Shown: positions 40,802-50,864 of the stretch, piece by piece | Numbering within the stretch: the first letter of the stretch is position 1 | Layout: the number at the start of each line of letters is the position of its first letter | NCBI GenBank assembly: GCA_963778115.1 | Contig: CAVZSV010000004.1 | Location: forward strand, 1,696,001-1,760,000 | Length of the DNA stretch: 64,000 nucleotides | Direction: 5' to 3' | From: an uncultured delta proteobacterium | GTDB lineage: Bacteria; Bdellovibrionota; FAC87; UBA2466 | Notes under the pieces: model-generated | What the model was told of the DNA's origin: nothing | The model's input: the letters and a program-made list of their open reading frames with translations, nothing else | Databases searched by the model: none | Program-made: the position numbers and the translations under genes

Positions 40802-41374
40802 TTAACGACATCCTGCCCAGACGCGCAGTTTCACTAACGGAGGAATATGACAGCGGGGAAAGGTGACAGGTTGTACGGCGAGTTGCTCTGTGTCTTGTTG
40901 GTCACTACATCGTCCTGTTCCTTTGGCGTCGTTACAGACATAGAAGGACACGGAACCTTCGCGGGAGGAAGAAGTCGGCTCCAAAGTGATGGGTTTGGAA
41001 GGAGATTGAAAAAGGTTTTCCGAAAGTAAATCGACCGATTTTAAAAAAAACTCAGTCCTCTCTCGATTCGCATTCGGAAGTGAAGGGCCGAAGGAGGCCA
41101 TCAATTCAACCTCATTGGAATCCTCGGATTTAGCATTCCCCGATTCAATGGAGAGACGAGGAAGCTTAGCCTCTTCAAAGAAAAGCGTTCCTTCAGCATT
41201 CTTTGGACAAGCAGGAATAAGCGAAACTTGAAAAGAGCCCCCTTCACAGGAAGAGGGCAAAGAAGAAGTATTACTCCTCGCTCCGGCGGTAAGACCTCTA
41301 GCTAATCCCAAAAAAAATACGGCCAAAAAAAGGACGTATAACCGAGGGGTTCGTTTCGCAAATCGAAAGGGCAT
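40802..41374 (-). CDS. Hypothetical exported protein
   Basis: N-terminal hydrophobic segment; Cys pairs. Confidence 0.55.
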   Translation of the reverse strand: MPFRFAKRTPRLYVLFLAVFFLGLARGLTAGARSNTSSLPSSCEGGSFQVSLIPACPKNAEGTLFFEEAKLPRLSIESGNAKSEDSNEVELMASFGPSLPNANRERTEFFLKSVDLLSENLFQSPSKPITLEPTSSSREGSVSFYVCNDAKGTGRCSDQQDTEQLAVQPVTFPRCHIPPLVKLRVWAGCR

Positions 41375-41539
41375 ACTTACGATCGTAACCCTTTCGCCGC
41401 ACCGCTTTCAATTACCAGGGGCTGGACAGCGAAGATGCGACTGGCTAACTCGCCGTTCCGAATGGTATAAAGAAGATTGTCTTGTTTTCTTCACATGGAT
41501 TTCACAAAGCAAGATCCTAAATGACTCTTTGATCAAAGA

Positions 41540-42036
41540 ATGAAGAAACCAAATTTAAGCATTCCAAGACGAGAAAGCCTATTTGTAGGGATTGTACTTT
41601 TTCTGACCCTAGGGATTGGGGTTTCGGCCCAAGCTAGCTTTGGCGGACCCAATCCGATTTCCCTGCTCTTATTGGGAACTATTATCTTTGCCGTCTGCAG
41701 TGTCGTATTGGGGACGGCTAAGAATCTTTATCTATCAGATTTGGCATTCTCAAAGCGGAACCCGCGCTAAAAAATTCTACTTGGCTTCATCGGCGGTAGA
41801 GATAAGCGGCTGTTTTCTCTTTTGGATTTTTATTTCACTTTGATACCGCAGTAATGCTTATCCTGCTCACCAGCTATTTCTGTCTGGAGTCTTTCGTCAA
41901 CCCACTGGTAATGCGTTGGTTTAGTCCTTCGCTCCATTCGCAGTATTTAAGAAACTTACCGCTCTCCTTGGTTCAGGCATTCCTGCTGCCTTCGTTGGGC
42001 CTCATTGTTTACGTGCTTGCTGGATTCACTCAGTAA
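41540..42036 (+). pseudogene. Membrane protein broken into three reading frames
   Basis: Consecutive hydrophobic ORF pieces with frame changes near 41750 and 41835. Confidence 0.45.
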
Positions 42037-42071
42037 CTCGCTTCTGGTCACTTCTCCAATGACACCTCCAC

Positions 42072-42110
42072 CAACTAAATCTTTAGTTGCTATCAACTAA
42101 AGATTTAGTT
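42072..42110. promoter_or_regulatory. Double palindromic operator for the BlaI-family repressor
   Basis: CAACTAAATCTTTAGTTG and CAACTAAAGATTTAGTT, about 30 bp upstream of the blaI-like gene. Confidence 0.85.
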
Positions 42111-42139
42111 ACTATTAGCCGTATAGGGAGAAGAGTTCA

Positions 42140-42529
42140 GTGAAAAAATCAAAAGACAAAACCACTACCAAGCTAACTGAGGTGGAACTGGAGCTAATGG
42201 GCTACCTTTGGAAGTTGAATGAGGCGACCGTAAACGATGTCGTATCCGCACTGCCTGAGGCTCGCAAGCTAGCCTATACCTCGGTTTCTACCATGCTTCG
42301 GATCTTAGAACAAAAAGGGGTGGTGGATTCCCGCAAAGAGGGGAGAGGCCACGTCTATTTTCCCAAACTTAAGAAAGAAGCTTACGAAGCAGCGTCCTTA
42401 AAGCATCTAGTTTCCCGAGTCTTTGATGGTGCCCCTTTGTCTTTAGTTCGTCGATTAATCGAAGAAGTGGATATGAGCGATGAGGAGTTTAAGGAGCTTC
42501 GGGCGCTTCTCAACGAAAGGCTACGATAA
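42140..42529 (+). CDS. BlaI/MecI/CopY-family repressor
   Basis: LTEVELELMGYLW and LAYTSVSTMLRILEQKG motifs. Confidence 0.95.
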   Translation: MKKSKDKTTTKLTEVELELMGYLWKLNEATVNDVVSALPEARKLAYTSVSTMLRILEQKGVVDSRKEGRGHVYFPKLKKEAYEAASLKHLVSRVFDGAPLSLVRRLIEEVDMSDEEFKELRALLNERLR

Positions 42530-44121
42530 TGTCTCCGACCTTTGTGCTGGTACTTAGAACTTACTTACAGATCATCATCGCTTTGATTGCGAGCTTTGTT
42601 GCTTTTCGGGTTGGTTTCACGCTTTCGGCAAACGGTAAGGGAAGCCAAAAAAGACTATGGCTTCGTTGGGCTGAGATAACTTTGTTCCTCTCCATTTTCT
42701 TGCCCGTTGTAATAGCTGGAATTCCCAAGAAGCACCTTTGGCACCCGATGGTCCAGGTGTTTTCGGGAGTGACAAAGAATAGTCACCAAAAATATTCGTT
42801 ACTCAGTCCTACACTAGGAAATTCTAAAGGGGAGAGCGAACTTTCAGGATTCGTCTTTCAAGATCGGCTGGTGCTGTGGATAGGGGCCATAGGGTTTGCC
42901 GCCATTTTTCTCCTCTTGTTGAAATCCGTCTGGCAGTTTCACTCTCTCTATAAGGAGATAACGAGCTTGCCTTTGATTAGAAAGATTGGTCGGCTTCGGA
43001 TTGTTTGCACCGAAAATCATCCTATCCCCTATTCGGCATGGATTCCGGGAGTGGGAGCTTTCGTGGTGGTTCCGTTTAGCTATCTGCCAGAATGGACGAA
43101 TCTGAAAATTGCCGTCCGACATGAGCTGCAACATCACCGTCAGGGAGATACTCGTTTAGCTTATTTCCTAGAATTACTGTCTGCACTTTTTCCGATGAAT
43201 CTTGCCATGAATGCATGGATTCGATTCATCACAGAGCTTCAAGAGATGTCCTGCGACGAAACTCTAGTTCTTGCAAAGAGGGTTTCGCCGCAGGCCTACG
43301 GACGCTGTCTGGTTCAGGCAGCGCAACACGCCGTGAGCACTCGAGGCCGGCTGGCCGGTACCACCAGCCTGGCCGCGAGAGCGAATGGCAACTTACTCAA
43401 AAGGAGAGTCGTCATGATCCTCAATCCAAAACTCATGCCTTCCCGTCGGTGGTTATCCACCGTCGTGGGCACTGGTACCCTGGTACTTCTTGCTACCGCC
43501 GCGATGGCGTCACGAAGTGCTATCCAAGATAGGAGTTTCACTTTGGCGGAAGCTAGTCACTTGAGTCACGACGGAGCGGGATTTCCGCTCGATATTAACG
43601 AAAAGGTCGTGGAACAATTAAACGACTTCGTGGGAACTCCGGAAGGTCGCCGTTTCATGAAGAGCTCATTAAGACGGCTGGAAATCTATCGCCCGATGGT
43701 AGAAGCCGCTTTGAAAACTCATGAAGTTCCCGAAGAGGTGATCGTCGTGCCGCTAATCGAAAGTGGATATAAAGACTCTAGACCTGTTTACCAACCGGGC
43801 GCCGGGCTTTGGGGTTTTATTGCTCAAACCGCGCGTCGGTATCATCTGATGGTAAACGGGAAGAGAGACGACAGGCTCGACGAGGAAAAGGAGACGGAGG
43901 CGGGAATGGAATATCTTTCCGATCTCTACAATTACTTCCACGATTGGCGTCTGGCTCTAAAGGCCTACAACGAAGGCGAAGCGCATGTAAAAACGTTGAT
44001 TAAAGAATACGGTAGTAATGACCCTTGGTATCTCGAAACCATGGCCGAGAGTAAGGAGCATTACCTCGCAAAAGTGACGGCGGCCGCTTTGATTCTGAGA
44101 AACCCATCCGTCATGCAGTAA
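42529..44121 (+). CDS. M56 (BlaR1-type) peptidase fused to an SLT lytic transglycosylase domain
   Basis: HELQH and EMSCD; IESG, AGLWGFI and AYNEG SLT motifs; translationally coupled to the repressor. Confidence 0.9.
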   Translation: MSPTFVLVLRTYLQIIIALIASFVAFRVGFTLSANGKGSQKRLWLRWAEITLFLSIFLPVVIAGIPKKHLWHPMVQVFSGVTKNSHQKYSLLSPTLGNSKGESELSGFVFQDRLVLWIGAIGFAAIFLLLLKSVWQFHSLYKEITSLPLIRKIGRLRIVCTENHPIPYSAWIPGVGAFVVVPFSYLPEWTNLKIAVRHELQHHRQGDTRLAYFLELLSALFPMNLAMNAWIRFITELQEMSCDETLVLAKRVSPQAYGRCLVQAAQHAVSTRGRLAGTTSLAARANGNLLKRRVVMILNPKLMPSRRWLSTVVGTGTLVLLATAAMASRSAIQDRSFTLAEASHLSHDGAGFPLDINEKVVEQLNDFVGTPEGRRFMKSSLRRLEIYRPMVEAALKTHEVPEEVIVVPLIESGYKDSRPVYQPGAGLWGFIAQTARRYHLMVNGKRDDRLDEEKETEAGMEYLSDLYNYFHDWRLALKAYNEGEAHVKTLIKEYGSNDPWYLETMAESKEHYLAKVTAAALILRNPSVMQ

Positions 44122-44136
44122 AAAAATAGGGCCTTC

Positions 44137-44180
44137 AAAAAGCTCCATCGGTACCCAGAGGTACCGATGGGGCTTTTTTA
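44137..44180. terminator. Bidirectional intrinsic terminator
   Basis: AAAAAGCTCCATCGGTACC-caga-GGTACCGATGGGGCTTTTTT between convergent genes. Confidence 0.9.
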
Positions 44181-44184
44181 TTTT

Positions 44185-44628
44185 CTAGCCAATCTCATCT
44201 CCGTGCTTCACATAGTGGCCGTCGGCTGGTTTAGGATGCTCCTGCTTAGGATGCGCCAACACTTCAGGTGCGGTGGGATCTAGGGGGGAAGAACTTTCCC
44301 AATTCCCCAGCCTTTTTTTCATGAGCTGCTTAAGTCTGCTTCGCGTAATGGCCTCCAAAGAGGGTAAGGGTAGACTCTGGTATTTGGTACTGTCCTCTTC
44401 TGGTGTTTCTTTAGCGGAATTTGCTACAACGGGTTTGGGTGTCACTTTGCCGTATTCCGGCCACGCTTGCCCCGCGACGAGCGATTGAGAAAGCGCCTTC
44501 TCAAACCCTTTTCGATATTCGTTAATTTTGTCTGCAGAGACGGCTTGAATCACTTCTTCGGCGAGCGACACACCGGTAGCCGTAATCAGCAGAAAGAAAA
44601 TCAGCGGGATTTGGTGCTTAGAGGACAT
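44185..44628 (-). CDS. Hypothetical secreted protein
   Basis: Signal peptide ending SLA; AAGGA RBS. Confidence 0.65.
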   Translation of the reverse strand: MSSKHQIPLIFFLLITATGVSLAEEVIQAVSADKINEYRKGFEKALSQSLVAGQAWPEYGKVTPKPVVANSAKETPEEDSTKYQSLPLPSLEAITRSRLKQLMKKRLGNWESSSPLDPTAPEVLAHPKQEHPKPADGHYVKHGDEIG

Positions 44629-44728
44629 CGTTATCCTTGCTTATTGCCTTAATAGCCCACAATCAGCAGTCGCTTTCGACTCGTTGCGGAATCCTCACCC
44701 CCATTATAGGCGGTGAAATTCTCTTAGG

Positions 44729-45220
44729 CTATCCTTGTGATGCCGTCTGTACTGTCAGTAATAGGTTCACGTTGAGATGCTTTGATCCCACCAGTCGATT
44801 GGCATCATCATAAAAGTCCACCACGATAGTTTTTAGTCCTTTTACCGTCGAATTCACGACGAAAGGAACGAATTGATTTTGATCGCGATTGCTCCATGCA
44901 AGAGTCAAACTCTTTTGGGACTTCAATTCGGGATATTGTTCGGTATCAAAATAAACCCCGTCGGGAAGGTGAATCGCGGCGCGGGTAATTGCCGATTTTC
45001 TTAAATCCGCAATCTCGAATTTCACCACAAAGGGTTTGCCGACATAGGCATCGTATTGTGGAGCATGCCATACCAGGAATAGGACTAGCATCATGACTAT
45101 GCTTAAGATTGCTGTGGCGACTCCCAGCCATTTCCAAAGTCGGGGGGCGGTCTTATGGCTTTCCCCCGCCACGCCGCTTAAAACTGTCTTCTCATCTCGA
45201 ATGTCTTTTTCGTCACTCAT
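44729..45220 (-). CDS. Hypothetical single-TM protein with a beta-rich domain
   Basis: One TM helix; GAGGA RBS. Confidence 0.65.
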   Translation of the reverse strand: MSDEKDIRDEKTVLSGVAGESHKTAPRLWKWLGVATAILSIVMMLVLFLVWHAPQYDAYVGKPFVVKFEIADLRKSAITRAAIHLPDGVYFDTEQYPELKSQKSLTLAWSNRDQNQFVPFVVNSTVKGLKTIVVDFYDDANRLVGSKHLNVNLLLTVQTASQG

Positions 45221-45420
45221 CCGTTCCTCGTCTGGCGAGTCAATCGATTGGCTTGATGAGGCCGCGTTGCGATAACAAAGTTACGTAAAGCGCTAAGTTA
45301 CTAATGGTTACTAAGAATCGACTCAGAGCGAAATTCCCGGTCCCATTATACAAAAGAAGAAAGAAAAGGCATACCCGAGTTTAAATAAAATAATTTGAGG
45401 TTATCGACGGATAAGAATAG

Positions 45421-45448
45421 AAAAAGGGGACAACAAAGTTGTCCCCTT
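45421..45448 (-). terminator. Intrinsic terminator
   Basis: AAGGGGACAAC-aaa-GTTGTCCCCTT with an A-run on the left. Confidence 0.85.
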
Positions 45449-45468
45449 AACGTGAATCGCAAAAACGA

Positions 45469-45801
45469 CTAATCCTGATGCGGATGGTGCGGATGACACG
45501 CTTCCATCGCCGCTCCATAGGCGGGATCAGAAGACGCTATTGCCGACATGCACGCTTTCATTTGAGCACGTACATCACCACCGGCTTGCTTCGCCGTCTT
45601 GTGACAGTTATCCATCTCCGTTTGAAGCTTGGCCGCATCATCAGCGGACAACTTTCCCTTGGTGGGATCAGTGAGACAGGCTGCCATCTCTTTTTTCATC
45701 TCTTCGTGATGAGCTTTCCAGTTACCGTCTGCGAGGGAAAATGAAGTCAAACCGCAAACGGACACCAAAGTGGCTACTGCCATTAATGAATGCAATCGCA
45801 T
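45469..45801 (-). CDS. Small secreted helical protein with four MxxC motifs and His-rich ends
   Basis: AGGAGGT RBS; signal peptide; MAAC, MDNC, MKAC, MEAC; HPHHPH tail. Confidence 0.75.
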   Translation of the reverse strand: MRLHSLMAVATLVSVCGLTSFSLADGNWKAHHEEMKKEMAACLTDPTKGKLSADDAAKLQTEMDNCHKTAKQAGGDVRAQMKACMSAIASSDPAYGAAMEACHPHHPHQD

Positions 45802-45938
45802 GGGACCTCCTGAGTTGTCAGGCATTATCCCATGAATAAAAAGCATGGCCTATTATTTTTAAGAAGGAGAGCAAAACCCGAGACGCACGAGTCTCCCTCT
45901 TTCGGAGCCCCCGACACGCGGGGGCGAAGTTAGTGCGG

Positions 45939-47684
45939 TCAAGTACTACAATTGGCGCTGTTATAAACGTTCCCACCCCCGCCATAATAGATGGCCCCTT
46001 GATTGGAATACCAATTGGGATCGGTATAGCTATAAGCCCTGCTGGGCGGAGGAGGGGGAGGCGGGGGCGGAACATATTGGACGTTAAGCCCACCGCTCGT
46101 GGTCCCGCCGCTCCGAGTGGCCACGGCTGGCGCTCCAGAAATTTTCCACTGGTTATTCTTCGGATCGGTAAAGGAGGCGGAATCACTCTGGGAACCGGTC
46201 GCACTGGATTTGGGATTCCATTTCCAAAACGAAGAGTTGCTATTAATGATCGCCAAAGGATCCGTAAAGTAGGCGCCCCCATTATCGACTGGCTCCGTCG
46301 GAGTAAAACTATAAGCCCCCGTGCGAGTATCGTAAGTCATAAGAGCGGTATCGATCGGAGATCCGTCTTTGGATTGGCGTTTCTCGTCGGAAACTTTCTT
46401 CCCGTCTTTATCTAGCAAATTAAAATCGCTGGTATTGGTAAAGTAAACCGTCTGTTCTTTGTTGGCTTTGGGATCGGAAGTATTCGAACTCCAGTTGTAA
46501 TAATTATAAGAATGCGTAAAGGCCGCTATCTTTCCGTCCTTTTGCATCTTTCCCAACTCGGCGGGACCGTACAATTTCTTATTGTCGGGGGTGCCGCTAT
46601 CGATAGGAGTCTTTCCATCTTCCTCCGTCTGCACGAAAAGAATTTGACCTTTTGCCTTATCTTGACCGGCGAAAGAATAGGTTTTCCCATCCTTGGTCAC
46701 AAAGGAAAGCTGGGCGTCTTTAGCCGCTTTGAAGAAATCCTCAGAGGCTTTCGCCGGATCTTTCTTGGCGGCACTTTCGTAAGATGAAAACATATCGGAG
46801 TAACAGTTGGCGCCTACACACTTCGCCAGGAACTGCTTTTTGGTGTACTTGTCTTGGAAGGCTTGAAACTTAGTTCCCTCATGATCAAACAGATTCTTGA
46901 ATTTAGTGGCCGATTGCGTTTCTGATTTGAAAGACGATTTCAAAGCTTCATCCGCCATTTTGGATGTGGGACCATCTACGCCCTTACCGTGGAAAGCCTC
47001 TCTAAAGGCGGCGTTGGTTTGTTGATCGGTCGCGGCAGTCTTAGAGAGATCTTCAATCGCCTTTTTCTTGTCGGCTTCACTGAGTCCATCCAAGGAATGG
47101 CGCATTTCGAACGCCTTTTTTTGCGTCGGATCTTCTCTTGGGAATTCATTTTTCGCGCGCTTACGAATCTCTTTTTCTATCGCAACACTCTTTTCCTTGG
47201 GGTCGGTATCCTTAAGGGCTTTCTTCGCAGCCAAAAGATCCTTGTCGGACATTCCTTTTGCATCCAGAACAGCCTTCAAAACGTCAAAAGATTTGTTATC
47301 GTCGCCTAGTTTATCCAGACTCTTTCGTAGATCGCCTTCCTGTTCATCAGAGAGTTTATCTAATTCTTTGTTGATCTTATCTATCGAATCCGAGTCCGCT
47401 GTTTCGGTGCGGGCCACATCAGAATCAAGCTTTCCTATAAGGTCTTTGAGCTTAGGGTCTTTTTCGAAAGCAGCCTCTTCGCGCGCTTTCTTGGCTTTCT
47501 TATCCGTATCCGAATCTCCGCCAGCGTGCTTTCCTTGAGAAGTCGTAGCAGGACTGGTGCTGGAATCCCCACTGGAACCTGACGTGTCATCTGCCGCAAA
47601 AGTAGGGGCCATCGCGACGAGCCCCCCCAGCAAGAGAAGGACATTTCGAGCCAGATTTAGGTTCATACTTAAGATCTTACTCAA
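45939..47684 (-). CDS. Hypothetical secreted Lys/Asp-rich protein with poly-Pro tail
   Basis: Signal peptide ending TFA; long ORF. Confidence 0.75.
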   Translation of the reverse strand: MSKILSMNLNLARNVLLLLGGLVAMAPTFAADDTSGSSGDSSTSPATTSQGKHAGGDSDTDKKAKKAREEAAFEKDPKLKDLIGKLDSDVARTETADSDSIDKINKELDKLSDEQEGDLRKSLDKLGDDNKSFDVLKAVLDAKGMSDKDLLAAKKALKDTDPKEKSVAIEKEIRKRAKNEFPREDPTQKKAFEMRHSLDGLSEADKKKAIEDLSKTAATDQQTNAAFREAFHGKGVDGPTSKMADEALKSSFKSETQSATKFKNLFDHEGTKFQAFQDKYTKKQFLAKCVGANCYSDMFSSYESAAKKDPAKASEDFFKAAKDAQLSFVTKDGKTYSFAGQDKAKGQILFVQTEEDGKTPIDSGTPDNKKLYGPAELGKMQKDGKIAAFTHSYNYYNWSSNTSDPKANKEQTVYFTNTSDFNLLDKDGKKVSDEKRQSKDGSPIDTALMTYDTRTGAYSFTPTEPVDNGGAYFTDPLAIINSNSSFWKWNPKSSATGSQSDSASFTDPKNNQWKISGAPAVATRSGGTTSGGLNVQYVPPPPPPPPPSRAYSYTDPNWYSNQGAIYYGGGGNVYNSANCST

Positions 47685-47949
47685 TTACACGGTGGGTTGT
47701 CGAGCCACCAGAAGGCCATTTGGGGAATTTAGCTATGTGGCTGAATAGATAAAGTTAAAGTTGGATTTTATGGCCGTTGAATTGCAGTGGACTAAAGCTA
47801 AATCCGCGACTGTTTAAAGGGTGTACACTTTGGGAATACCACAAGCTAACTTCTCATTCTAAAATACTTCCAATACTTAGTAGGTCTGTGATTTCATTTC
47901 CTGGAGCTGGCGTTACGAAGCCATCCGAATGGGAACTAAAGAGGACAAA

Positions 47950-49227
47950 ATGAAAACCAACAACAATGAAGTTTACATCTTGGGCAGTAGCCGGATTCCG
48001 TTCGCCAAGAGTCAGACTAGCTATAGCGACGTCACTCGAAAAGATCTCATGGTAGCCGCTCTGAACGGACTCATTGCTTCAGCGAAATTAGAAGGAAAGT
48101 TAATCGGAGATACCGCTTTCGGCGCTGTTATGAATAGCTCGCACGATTTTAATTTGGCCAGAGAGGTCGTCTTGGAGACTAGCCTTCATCCCGATTCGCC
48201 GGCCTATAATGTCCAGCGTGCATGCGGAACGGGACTTGAAACCGTTTGGGAAATCGCACTTAAAGCGCATACCGGATCCATCGATCTAGGGATCGCCGGA
48301 GGAGTCGATACCAATAGTGATATTCCCATCGAAGTTTCCCGTGAACTTCAGCAGTGGTTACTAGAATTAAATAAAGCAAAGACCGTTCCGGACAAGCTAA
48401 AGGCATTGATCCATCTCTCTGTGAAAAGTTTGAAGCCACTCATTCCCAATGTGAACGAACCTAGAACGCTACTATCGATGGGAGAGCATTGTGAATTAAT
48501 GGTAAAAGAGTGGAAAATCTCTCGCGAGGAGCAAGACAAGCTCGCTCTGGCAAGCCATCAGAACGGATTCAAAGCTTATGAAGCGGGCTTTTACGACGGT
48601 TTAGTGCATCCCTTTCACGGATTAAAGCGAGACGGAACGTTACGAGGAGATACTTCGCTGGAAAAGCTCGCGAAGTTAAAACCCGCTTTTGATCCCGCAC
48701 ACGGAACGCTAACCGCGGGGAATAGTTCTCCGCTGACCGATGGGGCCGCCTGTGTTTTGATAGCCAACGAAGCGGGCGCTAATGAACTGGGACTAAAACC
48801 CTTGGCTAAACTTATTGACGTTCAAGTGGCAGCGGTGGATTTCGTCCATGGAGCGGGTCTTCTGATGGCTCCCACCAAAGCCGTGGCTCAACTTTTCACG
48901 AAAAATCGCCTCGGCGTTAAGGATTTCGATCATTTCGAAATTCACGAGGCGTTTGCGGGGCAAGTCCTGTGCAATCTGAAAGCTTGGGAGTCCGAAAAGT
49001 ATTGTAAAGAGGTTTTGGGGCTCTCGTCTTCCATTGGGCCTATTCCAAGAGGGAAACTTAACGTCGTAGGAAGTAGTGTCGCTTTAGGTCATCCCTTCGC
49101 GGCCACGGGAGCTAGGATCGTAGGAACCCTAGCGAAACTTCTTTCCACTGGAGGAAAAAAGAGAGGGCTTATTTCCATCTGCACGGCGGGGGGAATGGGG
49201 ATCGCCGGAATCATGGAAAGTGTGTGA
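47950..49227 (+). CDS. Acetyl-CoA C-acyltransferase (thiolase)
   Basis: RACGTG, HEAFA, GHPFAATG and CTAGG motifs. Confidence 0.95.
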   Translation: MKTNNNEVYILGSSRIPFAKSQTSYSDVTRKDLMVAALNGLIASAKLEGKLIGDTAFGAVMNSSHDFNLAREVVLETSLHPDSPAYNVQRACGTGLETVWEIALKAHTGSIDLGIAGGVDTNSDIPIEVSRELQQWLLELNKAKTVPDKLKALIHLSVKSLKPLIPNVNEPRTLLSMGEHCELMVKEWKISREEQDKLALASHQNGFKAYEAGFYDGLVHPFHGLKRDGTLRGDTSLEKLAKLKPAFDPAHGTLTAGNSSPLTDGAACVLIANEAGANELGLKPLAKLIDVQVAAVDFVHGAGLLMAPTKAVAQLFTKNRLGVKDFDHFEIHEAFAGQVLCNLKAWESEKYCKEVLGLSSSIGPIPRGKLNVVGSSVALGHPFAATGARIVGTLAKLLSTGGKKRGLISICTAGGMGIAGIMESV

Positions 49228-49235
49228 GTAAGAGG

Positions 49236-50357
49236 CTACTTAAGAGGAACTTTCAATAAAACTCGCGCTTCGTCCCAAACCAGATTAGGCCCTTCATCGG
49301 TGCCTACGGGAAAATCGTGGAGCAATTGCAAAAGCTTCTCAAGATCTTCTTTTCGCGCGTCCCCTTGGGGCTCTACTTCACACTCCCCATAACTAGTGAG
49401 ACGTACTTGAAAAGAAACCTCAAGAGGCTTTCTGAACTGGTCCAAGCGAGCCGCTTTCGTCGTCCGTTCTCCGTCGGGAAGGTAGATCCAGCCGTAAAGG
49501 TTTTCCCCCTCTTGCAGTAGATCTTTGGGTTCAATGGAGATCGTTTTGTCTGGTTGCCACAAAACAAGTTCACCTTGATCCAACGCAAGATTCCAAATTT
49601 CGCCGTCTTCGGTTTTGAGGGTAACGACCTTTCTAATCCCGTAGGTATAAAATAGATTTATTCGATTCCAGTCTTTGGCCTCTTCGAAATCCTTTTTAGT
49701 TAGCGTCCGTTCCGATGGGTGATCCTCGATTTTCCAACCTGCTTTTTCGAAAGCTTTTTCATAGAGCACGGCTCGCGCTTCGGCCTTTTCTACGACGTCA
49801 TTATAGAGAGGCGCTATGGTTTCCCAAGAGGAGCCGCGCCTTCGCGAGTTTAGTAACTCTTCGATGATCTCATCTGAGGCGCTTTCTAGATTTTGAATTT
49901 CAAGAAATAATTCCATGGAGACGCTGGAACGTAACTCTCGAAGAAGTTCATAACTGCCCTTCACTTCGGGATGGGAAATAAGGTTAAGAACCAAAGACCT
50001 CTGGATGGATCGTGGAGTCACTTCAAGGAATGGTTGTGTGTCGAGATAGCGCGATAGACTTTCGCGAACTTCCGCATTGGGGGGATCGCCTTCGTCGTTC
50101 ATGGCTTTTTTCACATCGCCAAGGGCGGAAATGCCTAAAGCGTCCAGTTCTCGATAGGCACGCCGACGGTTTATAAATTCGTCCGCATCGAGCCCTTTTA
50201 GGATTTTCTGAAAGCGGCTCTCTTTCTGACTTGCAACGATCTCTTGTGAGCAAGCCAAATTACAAAAGACAATGGAAAGAAAAACAGAACAGCCCCATAA
50301 AGATCCCCACAATGGCCCCCACAACGGTCCCACCCATTTCATTTTTCTTCCCCCCAA
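49236..50357 (-). CDS. Hypothetical exported protein with N-terminal HEAT-like helical motif
   Basis: Hydrophobic leader with possible lipobox LAC; LDADEFINRRRAYRELDALG...EVR. Confidence 0.65.
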   Translation of the reverse strand: MGGRKMKWVGPLWGPLWGSLWGCSVFLSIVFCNLACSQEIVASQKESRFQKILKGLDADEFINRRRAYRELDALGISALGDVKKAMNDEGDPPNAEVRESLSRYLDTQPFLEVTPRSIQRSLVLNLISHPEVKGSYELLRELRSSVSMELFLEIQNLESASDEIIEELLNSRRRGSSWETIAPLYNDVVEKAEARAVLYEKAFEKAGWKIEDHPSERTLTKKDFEEAKDWNRINLFYTYGIRKVVTLKTEDGEIWNLALDQGELVLWQPDKTISIEPKDLLQEGENLYGWIYLPDGERTTKAARLDQFRKPLEVSFQVRLTSYGECEVEPQGDARKEDLEKLLQLLHDFPVGTDEGPNLVWDEARVLLKVPLK

Positions 50358-50453
50358 CTCCTAATACGGTAATTGGTAAAGTAGAGCGGTGCGTTAGGCA
50401 AGTCTTTCTAATTAGGATTTCCGGTAGGCACATCCTCGTGCGAGGAGGTACGA

Positions 50454-50864
50454 TCAATCTAAAATTTCAAGACCAGGCCTGGGTTTTTCTCGCAGGGCCT
50501 GCAATCGGGATCGCAAGTCACCCGCGTGAATTTCTAGCTTATGTCCGTCAGGATCTAGAAAATACAGTGACGGCCCCTCACTTACGTTTTCTTTCCATAG
50601 AGGTACGGAAGCTTTTCGCAGTGACTTCGAAACGCTCTCGAAAGCGCCGGGAGAAACCGTAAAGGCAACATGCGTGTACTCAGGAAGTGCTTCCGATCGA
50701 GTTTTCTCATCTTCAATGAGACAGAACCAAAACTCTCCCACTTCAAAATAGGCACCCTTCTCCCAACGAGCGACGGGCCGAAATTTTAGAACCTCTCGAT
50801 AAAAGTAAAAAGAACGAGATAGATCGCGGACGGCAAAGGTCACATGATTAATTCCGGTAATCAT
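50454..50864 (-). CDS. FosA-like fosfomycin glutathione transferase (VOC family)
   Basis: GINHVT, GAYF..G..WFCL, YTHVAF and WKENVSEGPSLYFLDPDGHKLEIH..L.SRL motifs. Confidence 0.85.
   Translation of the reverse strand: MITGINHVTFAVRDLSRSFYFYREVLKFRPVARWEKGAYFEVGEFWFCLIEDEKTRSEALPEYTHVAFTVSPGAFESVSKSLRKASVPLWKENVSEGPSLYFLDPDGHKLEIHAGDLRSRLQALREKPRPGLEILD

Noticed and set aside
45818..47538. Several 90-160 aa ORFs overlapping the 581-aa secreted protein
   Set aside because: Explained by low-complexity codon bias in the real gene
50292..50340. 12-nt imperfect repeats (GPLW/GSLW) in a leader; similar repeats at 53160-53195
   Set aside because: Only three degenerate in-frame copies; too weak to call a contingency locus
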